A DNA stretch of 64,000 nt from Eledone cirrhosa (lineage: Eukaryota), in NCBI GenBank assembly GCA_964016885.1, contig OZ024743.1:236840001-236904000 (forward strand). Reading direction: 5' to 3'. Each line of letters opens with the position of its first letter. Positions within the stretch are counted from its first letter, which is position 1. The position numbers and the translations under genes were made by a program. Below are positions 26,801 to 41,000 of the stretch, piece by piece. Under the pieces are notes generated by a model. That model made no database searches, was not told the origin of the DNA, and was given only the letters and a program-made list of their open reading frames with translations.

Positions 26801-29050
26801 AAGTCTGTATTATTATAGTCAGTTACAGTATTAATTAGTCTGTCTAAGTCTAAAGTCTGTCTTGTTATAGACAGCTACAGTATTGACAATTCTGTCTAAG
26901 TCTAAAGTCAGTCTTATTATAGACAGCTACATTATTGGTTAGTCTGTCTAAGTCTAAAGTCTGTCTTATTATTGACAGCTACAGTACTGATTAGTCTGTC
27001 TATGTCTAAAGTCTGTCTTGTTATAGACAGTTACAGTATTGATTAGTCTGTCTAAGTCTAAAGTCTGTCTTATTATAGACCGCTACAGTATTGACAATAA
27101 TGTCTAAGTCTAAAGTCTGTCTAATTATAGACAGCTACAGTACTGATTAGTCTGTCTAAGTCTAAAGTCTGTCTTGTTATAGACAACTACAGTATTGATT
27201 AGTCTGTCTAAGTCTAAAGTCTGTCTTATTATAGACAGCTACAGTTTGACAATTCTGTGTAAGTCTAAAGTCTGTCTTATTATAGACAGCTACAGTACCG
27301 ATTAGACTGTCTAAGTCTAAAGTATGTCTTGTTATAGACAGCTACAGCATTGATTAGTCTGTCTATGTCTAAAGTCTGTCTTATTATAGACAGTGACAGT
27401 ACTGATTAGTCCGTCTAAGTCTAAAGTCTGTCTTATTATAGACAGCTACAGTATTGACAATTCTGTCTAAGTCTAAAATCTGTCTCATTATAGACCGCTA
27501 CAGTATTGACAATAATATCTAAGTCTAAAGTATGTCTTATTATAGACAGCTACAGTACTGATTAGTCTGTCTATGTCTAAAGTCTGTCCTGTTATAGACA
27601 ACTACAGTATTGATTAGTCTGTCTAAGTCTAAATCTGTCTTATTATAGACAGCTACAGTATTGACAATTCTGTCTAAGTCTAAAGTCTGTCTTGTTATAG
27701 ACAGCTACAGTATTGATTAGTCTGTCTAAGTGTAAAGTCTGTCTTGTTATAGACAACTACAGTATTGATTAGTCTGTCTAAGTCTAAAGTCTGTCTTATT
27801 ATAGACAGCTACAGTTTGACAATTCTGTCTAAGTCTAAAGTCTGTATTATTATAGACAGCTACAGTATTGATTAGTGTGTATAAGTCTAAAGTCTGTATT
27901 ATTATAGACAGTTACAGTATTGATTAGTCTGTCTAAGTCTAAAGTCTGTCTTATTATAGACAGCTACAGTACTGATTAATCTGTCTAAGTCTAAAATCTG
28001 TCTTATTATAGACAACTTCAGTATTGATTAGTCTGTCTAAGTCTAAAGTCTGTCTTATTATAGACAGCTACAGTTTGACAATTCTGTCTAAGTCTAAAGT
28101 CTGTCTTATTATAGACAGCTACAATACCGATTAGTCTGTCTAAGTCTAAAGTATGTCTTGTTATAGACAGCTACAGCATTGATTAGTCTGTCTAAGTCTA
28201 AAGTCTGTCTTATTATAAACAGTTACAGTACTGATTAGTCTGTCTAAGTCTAAAGTCTGTCTCATTATAGACAGCTACAGTATTGACAATTCTGTCTAAG
28301 TCTAAAGTCTGTCTTGTTATAGACAGCTACAGTATTGATTAGTCTGTCTAAGTCTAAAGTCTGTCTTGTTATAGACAGTTACAGTATTGATTAGTCTGTC
28401 TAAGTCTAAAGTCTGTCTTATTATAAACAGTTACAGTACTGATTAGTCTGTCTAAGTCTGAAGTCTGTCTTATTATAGACAGCTACAGTATTGCCAATTC
28501 TGTCTAAGTCTAAAGTCTGTCTTGTTATAGACAGCTACAGTATTGATTAGTCTGTCTAAATCTAAAATCTGTCTTATTATAGACAGCTACAGTATTGATA
28601 ATTCTGTCTAAGTCTAAAGTATGTCTTGTTATAGACAGCAACAGTATTGATTAGTCTGTCTAAGTCTAAAGTCTGTCTTATTATAGACAGCTACAGTATT
28701 GATTAGTCTGTTTAAGTCTAAAGTCTGTCTTGTTATAGACAGCTACAGTATTGATTAGTCTGTCTACGTCTAAAGTCTGTCTTGTTATAGACAACTACAG
28801 TACTGATTAGTCTGTCTAAGTCTAAAGTCTGTCTTATTATAGACAGCTACAGCATTGATTAGTTTGTCTAAGTCTAAAGTCTGACTTATTATAGACAGCT
28901 ACAGTATTGATTAGTCTGTCTAAGTCTAAAGTCTGTCTTATTATAGACAGTGACAGTACTGATTAGTCCGTCTAAGTCTAAAGTCTGTCTTATTATAGAA
29001 AGCTACATTATAGACAATTCTGTCTAAGTCTAAAGTCTGTCTTGTTATAG
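17941..29050. repeat. Tandem duplication, period 4880 bp (94 monomers minus 8 bp): ~17941-23072 vs ~22821-27952, continuing to ~29050 with whole-monomer deletions
   Basis: Sequence at 20881 matches 25761, 18421 matches 23301 (1 mismatch), and the gtaaaaatc marker recurs near 19938/24818. After 27953 the copy lacks 2 monomers, and near 28700 it lacks 3 more. Confidence 0.88.
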
Positions 29051-32000
29051 ACAGCTACGGTATTGATTAGTCTGTTTTAGTCTAAAGTCTGCCTTAATAT
29101 AGACAGCTACAGTACTGATTAGTCTGTCTATGTCTAAAGTCTGTCTTATTATAGACAGCTACAGTATTGACAATTCTCTCTAAGTCTAAAGTCGGTCTTA
29201 TTATAGACAGCTACAGTATTGCCAATTCTGTCTAAATCTAAAGCCTGTCTTGTTATAGACAGCTACAGTATTGATTAGTCTGTCTAAGTCTAAAGTGTGT
29301 CTTATTATAGACAGCTACAGTATTGACAATTCTGTCTAAGACTAAAGTCTATCTTGTTATAGACAGCTACAGTATTGATTAGTCTGTCTTAGTCTAAAGT
29401 CTGTCTTGTTATAGACAGCTACAGTATTGATTAGTCTGTCGAAGTCTAAAGTCTGTCTTATTATAGACAGTTACAGTACTGATTAGTCTGTCTAAGTCTG
29501 AAGTCTGTCTTATTATAGACAGCTACAGTATTGCCAATTCTGTCTAAGTCTAAAGCCTGTCTTGTTATAGACAGCTACAGTATTGATTAGTCTGTCTAAG
29601 TCTAAAGTGTTTCTTATTATAGACAGCTACAGTATTGACAATTCTGTCTAAGTCTAAAGTCTGTCTTGTTATAGACAGCTACATTATTGATTAGTCTGTC
29701 TAAGTCTAAAGTCTGTCTTATTATAGACAGCTACAGTATTGACAATTCTGTCTAAGTCTAAAGTCTGTCTTATTATAGACAGTTACAGTATTGATAATTC
29801 TGTCTCAGTAGGAAGTCCGTCTTGTTATAGACAGCTACAGTATTGATTAGTCTGTCTAAGTTTAAAGTCTTTCTCATTATAGACAGCTACAGTACTGATT
29901 AGTCTGTCTAATTCTAAAGTCTGTCTTATTATAGACAGCTACAGTATTGATTAGTCAGTCTAAGTCTAAAGTCTGTCTTATTATAGACAGCTACGGTATT
30001 GACAATTCTGTCTAAGTCTAAAGTCTATCTTGTTATAGACAGCTACAGTATTGATTAATCTGTCTAAGTCTAAAGTCTGTCTTGTTATAGACAGCTACAG
30101 TATTGATTAGTCTGTCTAAGTCTAAAGTCTGTATTATTATAGACAGTTACAGTATTGATTAGTCTGTCTAAGTCTAAAGTCTGTCTTGTTATAGACAGCT
30201 ACAGTATTGACAATTCTGTCTAAGTCTAAAGTCAGTCTTATTATAGACAGCTACATTATTGATTAGTCTGTCTAAGTCTAAAGTCTGTCTTATTATAGAC
30301 AGCTACATTACTGATTAGTCTGTCTAAGTCTAAAGTCTGTCTTGTTATAGACAGTTACAGTATTGATTAGTCTGTCTAAATCTAAAGACTGTCTTATTAT
30401 AGACCGCTACGGTATTGACAATAATGTCTAAGTCTAAAGTCTGTGTTATTATAGACAGCTACAGTACTGATTAGTCTGTCTAAGTCTAAAGTCTGTCTTG
30501 TTATAGACAACTACATTATTGATTAGTCTGTCTACGTCTAAAGTCTGTCTTATTATAGACAGCTACAGTATTGACAATTCTGTCTAAGTCTAAAGTCTGT
30601 ATTATTATAGACAGCTACAGTACTGATTAGTCTGTCTAATCCTAAAGTCTGTCTTGTTATAGACACCTACAGTACTGATTAGTCTGTCTAAGTCTAAAGT
30701 CTGTCTTGTTATAGACAGCTACAGTATTGATTAGTCTCTCTAAGTCTAAAGTCTGTCTTATTATAGACAGTTACAGTACTGATTAGTCTGTCTAAGTCTA
30801 AAGTCTGTCTTATTATAGAGAGCTATAGTACTGACAATTCTGTCTAAGTCTAATGTCTGTCTTGTTATAGTCAGCTACAGTATTGATTAGTCTGTCTAAG
30901 TCTAAAGTCTGTCTTATTATAGACAGTTACAGTACTGATTAGTCTGTCTAAGTCTGAAGTCTGTCTTATTATAGACAGCTACAGTATTGCCAATTCTGTC
31001 TAAGTCTAAAGTCTGTCTTGGTATAGACAGCGACAGTATTGATTAGTCTGTCTTTGTCTAAAGTGTGTCTTATTATAGACATCTACAGTATTGACAATTC
31101 TGTGTCAGTCTAAAGTCTGTCTTGTTATAGGCAGCTACAGTATTGATTAGTCTGTCTACGTCTAAAGTCTGTCTTATTATAGACAGCTACAGTATTGACA
31201 ATTCTGTCTAAGTCTAAAGTCTGTCTTGTTATGGACAGCTACAGTATTGATTAATCTGTCTAAGTCTAAAGTCTGTCTTGTTATAGACAGCTACAGTATA
31301 GATTAGTCTGTCAAAGTTTAAAGTCTGTCTTATTATAGACAGCTACAGTATTGATTAGTCTGTCTAAGTCTAAAGTCTGTCTTATTATAGACAGCTACAG
31401 TATTGATTAGACTGTCTAAGTCTAAAATCTGTCTTATTATAGACAGCTACAGTATTGTCAATTCTGTCTAAGTCTAAAGTCTGTCTTGTTATAGACAGCT
31501 ACAGTATTGATTAGTCTGTCTAAATCTAAAGTCTGTCTTATTATAGACAGCTACAGTATTGACAATTCTGTCTAAGTCTAAAGTCTGTCTTTCTATAGAC
31601 AGCTACAGTACTGATTAGTCTGTCTAAGTCTAACGTCTGTCTTATCATAGACAGCTACAGTACTGATTAGTCTGTCTAAGTCTAAAGTCTGTCTTATTAT
31701 AGACAGCTACAGTATTGATTAGTCTGTCTAAGTCTAAAGTCTGTCTTGTTATAGACAGCTACAGTATTGATTAGTCTGTCTAAGTCTAAAGTCTGTTTTA
31801 TTATAGACAGCTACAGTATTGACATTTCCGTCTAAGTCTAAAGTCTGTCTTGTTATAGACAGCTACAGTATTGATTAGTCTGTCTAAGTCTAAATGTTGT
31901 CTTGTTATAGACAGCTACAGTATTGATTAGTCTGCCTAAGTCTAAAGTCTGTATTATTATATACAGTTACACTACTGATTAGTCTGTCTCAGTCTAAAGT

Positions 32001-35000
32001 CTGTCTTATTATAGACAACTACAGTATTGACATGTCTGTCTAAGTCTAAAGTCTGTCTTGTTATGGACAGCTACAGTATTGATTATTCTGTCTAAGTCTA
32101 AAGTCTGTCTTATTATAGACAGCTACAGTACTGATTAGTCTGTCTAAGTCTAAAGTCTGTCTTGTTATAGAGAGCTACAGTGTTGATTAGTCTGTATAAG
32201 TCTAAAGTCTGTCTTATTATAGACAACTACAGTATTGACAATTCTGCCTAAATCTAAAGTCTGTCTTGTTGTAGACAGCTACAGTATTGATTAGTCTGTC
32301 TAAGTCTAAAGTCTGTCTTATTATAGACAGTTACAGTATTGATAATTCTGTCTCAGTAGGAAGTCCGCCTTGTTATAGACAGCTACAGTATTGATTAGTC
32401 TGTCTAAGTCTAAAGTCTGTCTTATTATAGACAGCTACAGTATTGACAATTCTGTCTAAGTCTAAAGTCTATCTTGTTATAGACATCTACTGTATTGATT
32501 AGTCTGTCTAAGTTTAAAGTCTTTCTCATTATAGACAGCTACAGTACTGATTAGTCTGTCTAAGTCTAAAGTCTGTCTTATTATAGACAGCTACAGTATT
32601 GATTAGTCTGTCTAAATCTAAAGTCTGTCTTATTATAGACAGCTACAGTATTGATTAGTCAGTCTAAGTCTAAAGTCTGTCTTATTATAGACAGCTACGG
32701 TATTGACAATTCTGTCTAAGTCTAAAGTCTATCTTGTTATAGACAGCTACAGTATTGATTAATCTGTCTAAGTCTAAAGTCTGTCTTGTTATAGACAGCT
32801 ACAGTATTGATTAGTCTGTCTAAGTCTAAAGTCTGTATTATTATAGACAGTTACAGTATTGATTAGTCTGTCTAAGTGTAAAGTCTGTCTTGTTATAGAC
32901 AGCTACAGTATTGACAATTCTGTCTAAGTCTAAAGTCAGTCTTATTATAGACAGCTACATTATTGATTAGTCTGTCTAAGTCTAAAGTCTGTCTTATTAT
33001 AGACAGCTACAGTACTGATTAGTCTGTCTAAGTCTAAAGTCTGTCTTGTTATAGAAAGTTACAGCATTGATTAGTCTGTCTAAATCTAAAGACTGGCTTA
33101 TTATAGACCGCTATGTTATTGACAATAATGTCTAAGTCTAAAGTCTGTCTTATTATAGACAGCTACAGTACTGATTAGTCTGTCTAAGTCTAAAGTCTGT
33201 ATTATTATAGACAGCTACAGTACTGATTAGTCTGTCTAATTCTAAAGTCTGTCTTGTTATAGACAGCTACAGTACTGATTAGTCTGTCTAAGTCTAAAGT
33301 CTGTCTTGTTATAGACAGCTACAGTATTGATTAGTCTCTCTAAGTCTAAAGTCTGTTTTGTTATAGACAGCTACAGCATTGATTAGTCTGTCTAAGTCTA
33401 AAGTCTGTCTTATTATAGACAGTTACAGTACTGATTAGTCTGTCTAAGTCTAAAGTCTGTCTTATTATAGAGAGCTATAGTACTGACAATTCTGTCTAAG
33501 TCTAATGTCTGTCTTGTTATAGTCAGCTACAGTATTGATTAGTCTGTCTAAGTCTGAAGTCTGTCTTATTATAGCCAGTTACAGTACTGATTAGTCTGTC
33601 TTTGTCTAAAGTGTGTCTTATTATAGACAGCTACAGTATTGACAATTCTGTGTCAGACTAAAGTCTGTCTTGTTATAGGCAGCTACAGTATTGATTAGTC
33701 TGTCTAAGTCTAAAGTCTGTCTTATTATAGACAGCTACAGTATTGACAATTCTGTCTAAGTCTAAAGTCTGTCTTGTTATGGACAGCTACAGTATTGATT
33801 AATCTGTCTAAGTCTAAAGTCTGTCTTGTTATAGACAGCTACAGTATTGATTAGTCTGTCTAAGTCTAAAGTCTGTCTTATTATAGACAGCTACAGTATT
33901 GATTAGACTGTCTAAGTCTAAAATCTGTCTTATTATAGACAGCTACAGTATTGACAATTCTGTCTAAGTCTAAAGTCTGGCTTGTTATAGACAGCTACAG
34001 TATTGATTAGTCTGTCTAAGTCTAAAGTCTGTCTTATTATAGACAGCTACAGTATTGACAATTCTGTCTAAGTCTAAAGTCTATCTTGTTATAGACATCT
34101 ACAGTATTGATTAGTCTGTCTAAGTTTAAAGTCTTTCTCATTATAGACAGCTACAGTACTGATTAGTCTGTCTAAGTCTAAAGTCTGTCTTATTATAGAC
34201 AGCTACAGTATTAATTAGTCTGTCTAAGTCTAAAGTCTGTCTTATTATAGACAGCTACAGTATTGATTAGTCAGTCTAAGTCTAAAGTCTGTCTTATTAT
34301 AGACAGCTACGGTATTGACAATTCTGTCTAAGTCTAAAGTCTATCTTGTTATAGACAGCTACAGTATTGATTAATCTGTCTAAGTCTAAAGTCTGTCTTG
34401 TTATAGACAGCTACAGTATTGATTCGTCTGTCTAAGTCTAAAGTCTGTATTATTATAGACAGTTACAGTATTGATTAGTCTGTCTAAGTCTAAAGTCTGT
34501 CTTGTTATAGACAGCTACAGTATTGACAATTCTGTCTAAGTCTAAAGTCAGTCTTATTATAGACAGCTACATTATTGATTAGTCTGTCTAAGTCTAAAGT
34601 CTGTCTTGTTATAGACAGCTACAGTATTGATTAGTCTGTCTAAGTCTAAAGTCTGTCTTATTATAGACAGCTACAGTATTGATTAGACTGTCTAAGTCTA
34701 AAATCTGTCTTATTATAGACAGCTACAGTATTGACAATTCTGTCTAAGTCTAAAGTCTATCTTGTTATAGACATCTACAGTATTGATTAGTCTGTCTAAG
34801 TTTAAAGTCTTTCTCATTATAGACAGCTACAGTACTGATTAGTCTGTCTAAGTCTAAAGTCTGTCTTATTATAGACAGCTACAGTATTAATTAGTCTGTC
34901 TAAGTCTAAAGTCTGTCTTATTATAGACAGCTACAGTATTGATTAGTCAGTCTAAGTCTAAAGTCTGTCTTATTATAGACAGCTACGGTATTGACAATAA

Positions 35001-38000
35001 TGTCTAAGTCTAAAGTCTGTCTTATTATAGACAGCTACAGTACTGATTAGTCTGTCTAAGTCTAAAGTCTGTCTTGTTATAGACAACTACAGTATTGATT
35101 AGTCTGTCTAAGTCTAAAGTCTGTCTTATTATAGACAGCTACAGTATTGACAATTCTGTCTAAGTCTAAAGTCTGTATTATTATAGACAGCTACAGTACT
35201 GATTAGTCTGTCTAATTCTAAAGTCTGTCTTGTTATAGACAGCTACAGTACTGATTAGTCTCTCTAAGTCTAAAGTCTGTTTTGTTATAGACAGCTACAG
35301 CATTGATTAGTCTGTCTAAGTCTAAAGTCTGTCTTATTATAGACAGTTACAGTACTGATTAGTCTGTCTAAGTCTAAAGTCTGTCTTATTATAGAGAGCT
35401 ATAGTACTGACAATTCTGTCTAAGTCTAATGTCTGTCTTGTTATAGTCAGCTACAGTATTGATTAGTCTGTCTAAGTCTAAAGTCTGTCTTATTATAGAC
35501 AGTTACAGTACTGATTAGTCTGTCTAAGTCTGAAGTCTGTCTTATTATAGACAGTTACAGTACTGATTAGTCTGTCTTTGTCTAAAGTGTGTCTTATTAT
35601 AGACAGCTACAGTATTGACAATTCTGTCTAAGTCTAAGGTCTGTCTTGTTATAGACAGCTACAGCATTGATTAGTGTGTCTAAGTCTAAAGTCTGTCTTA
35701 TTATAGACAGCTACAGTATTGACAATTCTGTCTAAGTCTAAAGTCTGTCTTGTTATGGACAGCTACAGTATTGATTAATCTGTCTAAGTCTATAGTCTGT
35801 CTTGTTATAGACAGCTACAGTATAGATTAGTCTGTCAAAGTTTAAAGTCTGTCTTATTATAGACAGCTACAGTATTGATTAGTCTGTCTAAGTCTAAAGT
35901 CTGTCTTATTATAGACAGCTACAGTATTGATTAGACTGTCTAAGTCTAAAATCTGTCTTATTATAGACAGTTACAGTATTGACAATTCTGTCTAAGTCTA
36001 AAGTCTGTCTTGTTATAGACAGCTACAGTATTGATTAGACTGTCTAAGTCTAAAATCTGTCTTATTATAGACAGCTACAGTATTGACAATTCTGTCTGAG
36101 TCTAAAGTCTGTCTTTCTATAGACAGCTACAGTATTGATTAGTCTGTCTAAGTTTAAAGTCTTTCTTATTATAGACAGCTACAGTACTGATTAGTCTGTC
36201 TAAGTCTAAAGTCTGTCTTATTATAGACAGCTACAATATTGACTATTCTCTCTAAGTCTAAAGTCTGTCTTATTATAGACAGCTACAGTATTGATTAGTC
36301 TGTTTAAGTCTAAAGTCTGTCTTATTATAGACAGCTACAGTACTGATTAGTCTGTCTAAGTCTAAAGTCTGTCTTGCTATAGACAGCTACAGTATTTACT
36401 AGTCTGTCTAAGTCTAAAGTCTGTCTTATTATAGACAGCTACAGTACTGATTAGTCTGTCTAAGTCTAAAGTCTGTCTTATTATAGACAGCTACAGTATT
36501 GATTAGTCTGTCTAAGTCTAAAGTCTGTCTTGTTATAGACAGCTACAGTATTGATTAGTCTGTCTAAGTCTAAAGTCTGTTTTATTATAGACAGCTACAG
36601 TATTGACATTTCTGTCTAAGTCTAAAGTATGTCTTGTTATAGACAGCTACAGTATTTATTAGTCTGTCTAAGTCTAAATGTTGTCTTGTTATAGACAGCT
36701 ACAGTATTGATTAGTCTGCCTAAGTCTAAAGTCTGTATTATTATATACAGTTACAGTACTGATTAGTCTGTCTGAGTCTAAAGTCTGTCTTATTATAGAC
36801 AGCTACAGTATTGACATTTCTGTCTAAGTCTAAAGTCTGTCTTGTTATAGACAGCTACAGTATTGATTAGTCAATCTAATTCTAAAGTCTGTCTTGTTAT
36901 AGACAGCTACAGTACTGATTAGTCTGTCTAAGTCTAAAGTCTGTCTTGTTATAGACAGCTACAGTATTGATTAGTCTCTCTAAGTCTAATGTCTGTTTTG
37001 TTATAGACAGCTACAGCATTGATTAATCTGTTTAAGTCTAAAGTCTGTCTTATTATAGACAGCTACAGTACTGATTAGTCTGTCTAAGTCTAAAGTCTGT
37101 CTTGTTATAGAGAGCTACAGTGTTGATTAGTCTGTATAAGTCTAAAGTCTGTCATATTATAGACAACTACAGTATTGACAATTCTGCCTAAATCTAAAGT
37201 CTGTCTTGTTGTAGACAGCTACAGTATTAATTAGTCCATCTAAGTCTAAAGTCTGTCTTATTATAGACAGCTACAGTATTGACAATTCTGTGTCAGTCTA
37301 AAGTCTGTCTTGTTATAGGCAGCTACAGTATTGATTAGTCTGTCTAAGTCTAAAGTCTTACTTATTATAGACAGCTACAGTATTGACAATTCTGTCTAAG
37401 TCTAAAGTCTGTCTTGTTATGGACAGCTACAGTATTGATTAATCTGTCTAAGTCTAAAGTCTGTCTTGTTATAGACAGCTACAGTATAGATTAGTCTGTC
37501 AAAGTTTAAAGTCTGTCTTATTCTAGACAGCTACAGTATTGATTAGTTTGTCTAAGTCTAAAGTCTGTCTTATTATAGACAGCTACAGTATTGATTAGAC
37601 TGTCTAAGTCTAAAATCTGTCTTATTATAGACAGCTACAGTATTGACAATTCTGTCTAAGTCTAAAGTCTGTCTTGTTATAGACAGCTACAGTATTGATT
37701 AGTCTGTCTAAATCTAAAGTCTGTCTTATTATAGACAGCTACAGTATTGACAATTCTGTCTGAGTCTAAAGTCTGTCTTTCTATAGAGAGCTACAGTATT
37801 GATTAGTCTGTCTAAGTTTAAAGTCTTTCTTATTATAGACAGCTACAGTACTGATTAGTCTGTCTAAGTCTAAAGTCTGTCTTATTATAGACAGCTACAA
37901 TATTGACTATTCTCTCTAAGTCTAAAGTCTGTCTTATTATAGACAGCTACAGTATTGATTAGTCTGTTTCAGTCTAAAGTCTGTCTTATTATAGACAGCT

Positions 38001-41000
38001 ACAGTACTGATTAGTCTGTCTAAGTCTAAAGTCTGTCTTGCTATAGACAGCTACAGTATTTACTAGTCTGTCTAAGTCTAAAGTCTGTCTTATTATAGAC
38101 GGCTACAGTACTGATTAGTCTGTCTAAGTCTAAAGTCTGTCTTATTATAGACAGCTACAGTATTGATTAGTCTGTCTAAGTCTAAAGTCTGTCATGTTAG
38201 AGACAGCTACAGTATTGATTAGTCTGTCTAAGTCTAAAGTCTGTTTTATTATAGACAGCTACAGTATTGACATTTCTGTCTAAGTCTAAAGTCTGTCTTG
38301 TTATAGACAGCTACAGTATTTATTAGTCTGTCTAAGTCTAAATGTTGTCTTGTTATAGACAGCTACACTATTGATTAGTCTGCCTAACTCTAAAGTCTGT
38401 ATTATTATATACAGTTACAGTACTGATTAGTCTGTCTGAGTCTAAAGTCTGTCTTATTATAGACAGCTACAGTATTGACATTTCTGTCTAAGTCTAAAGT
38501 CTGTCTTGTTATAGACAGCTACATTATTGATTAGTCTGTCTAAGTCTAAAGTCTGTCTTGTTATAGACAGCTACAGTACTGATTAGTCTGTCTAAGTCTA
38601 AAGTCTGTCTTATTATAGACAGCTACTGTATTGATTAGTCTGTCTAAGTCTAAAATCTGTCTTATTATAGACAGTTACAGTACTGATTAGTCTGTCTAAG
38701 TCTAAAGTATGTCTTATTATAGAGAGCTATAGTACTGACAATTCTGTCTAAGTCTAATGTCTGTCTTGTTATAGTCAGCTACAGTATTGATTAGTCTGTC
38801 TAAGTCTAAAGTCTGTCTTATTATAGACAGTTACAGTACTGATTAGTCTGTCTAAGTCTGAAGTCTGTCTTATTATAGACAGCTACAGTATTGCCAATTC
38901 TGTCTAAGTCTAAAGTCTGTCTTGGTATAGACAGCTACAGTATTGATTAGTCTGTCTATGTCTAAAGTGTGTCTTATTATAGACAGCTACAGTATTGACA
39001 ATTCTGTCTAAGTCTAAAGTCTCTCTTGTTATAGACAGCTACAGCATTGATTAGTCTGTCTAAGTCTAAAGTCTGTCTTATTATAGACAGCTACAGTATT
39101 GACAATTCTGTGTCAGTCTAAAGTCTGTCTTGTTATAGGCAGCTACAGTATTGATTAGTCTGTCTAAGTCTAAAGTCTGACTTATTATAGACAGCTACAG
39201 TATTGATTAGACTGTCTAAGTCTAAAATCTGTCTTATTATAGACAGCTACAGTATTGACAATTCTGTCTAAGTCTAAAGTCTGTCTTGTTATGGACAGCT
39301 ACATTATTGATTAATCTGTCTAAGTCTAAAGTCTGTCTTGTTATAGACAGCTACAGTATAGATTAGTCTGTCAAAGTTTAAAGTCTGTCTTATTATAGAC
39401 AGCTACAGTATTGATTAGTCTGTCTAAGTCTAAAGTCTGTCTTATTATAGACAGCTACAGTATTGATTAGACTGTCTAAGTCTAAAATCTGTCTTATTAT
39501 AGACAGCTACAGTATTGACAATTCTGTCTAAGTCTAAAGTCTGTCTTGTTATAGACAGCTACAGTATTGATTAGTCTGTCTAAATCTAAAGTCTGTCTTA
39601 TTATAGACAGCTACAGTATTGACAATTCTGTCTGAGTCTAAAGTCTGTCTTTCTATAGACAGCTACAGTATTGATTAGTCTGTCTAAGTTTAAAGTCTTT
39701 CTCATTATAGACAGCTACAGTACTGATTAGTCTGTCTAAGTCTAAAGTCTGTCATATTATAGACAGCTACAATATTGACTATTCTCTCTAAGTCTAAAGT
39801 CTGTCTTATTATAGACAGCTACAGTATTGATTAGTCTGTTTAAGTCTAAAGTCTGTCTTATTATAGACAGCTACAGTACTGATTAGTCTGTCTAAGTCTA
39901 AAGTCTGTCTTATTATAGACAGCTACAGTATTGATTAGTCTGTCTAAGTCTAAAGTCTGTCTTGTTAAAGACAGCTACAGTATTGATTAGTCTGTCTAAG
40001 TCTAAAATCTGTCTTGTTATAGACAGTTACAGTATTGATTACTCTGTCTAAGTCTAAAGTCTGTTTTATTATAGACAGCTACAGTATCGACATTTCTGTC
40101 TAAGTCTAAAGTCTGTCTTGTTATAGACAGCTACAGTATTGATTAGTCTGTCTAAGTCTAAAGTCTGACTTATTATAGACAGCTACAGTATTGATTAATC
40201 TGTTTAAGTCTAAAGTCTGTCTTATTATAGACAGCTACAGTACTGATTAGTCTGTCTAAGTCTAAAGTCTGTCTTGTTATAGAGAGCTACAGCGTTGATT
40301 AGTCTGTATAAGTCTAAAGTCTGTCTTATTATAGACAGCTACAGTATTGACAATTCTGTCTAAGTCTAAAGTCTGTCTTGTTATAGACAGCTACAGTATT
40401 GATTAGTCTGTGTAAGTCTAAAGTCTGTCTTGTTATAGACAGCTACAGTATTGATTAGTCTGTCTAAGTCTAAAGTCTGTCTTATTATGGTCAGTAACAG
40501 TACTGATTAGTCTGTCTAAGTCTAAAGTCTGTCTTGTTATAGACAGCTACAGTATTGATTAGTCTGTCTAAGTCTAAAGTCTGTCTTATTATAGACAGCT
40601 ACAGTACTGATTAGTCTGTATAAGTCTAAAGTCTGTCTTATTATAGACAGCTACAATATTGACTATTCTCTCTAAGTCTAAAGTCTGTCTTATTATAGAC
40701 AACTACAGTATTGATTAGTCTGTTTAAGTCTAAAGTCTGTCTTATTATAGACAGCTACAGTACTGATTAGTCTGTCTAAGTCTAACGTCTGTCTTGCTAT
40801 AGACAGCTACAGTATTTACTAGTCTGTCTAAGTGTAAAGTCTGTCTTATTATAGACAGCTACAGTACAGATTAGTCTGTCTATGTCTAAAGTCTGTCTTG
40901 TTATAGACAGCTACAGTATTGATTAGTCTGTCTAAGTCTAAAATCTGTCTTGTTATAGAGAGTTACAGTATTGATTAGTCTGTCTAAGTCTAAAGTCTGT

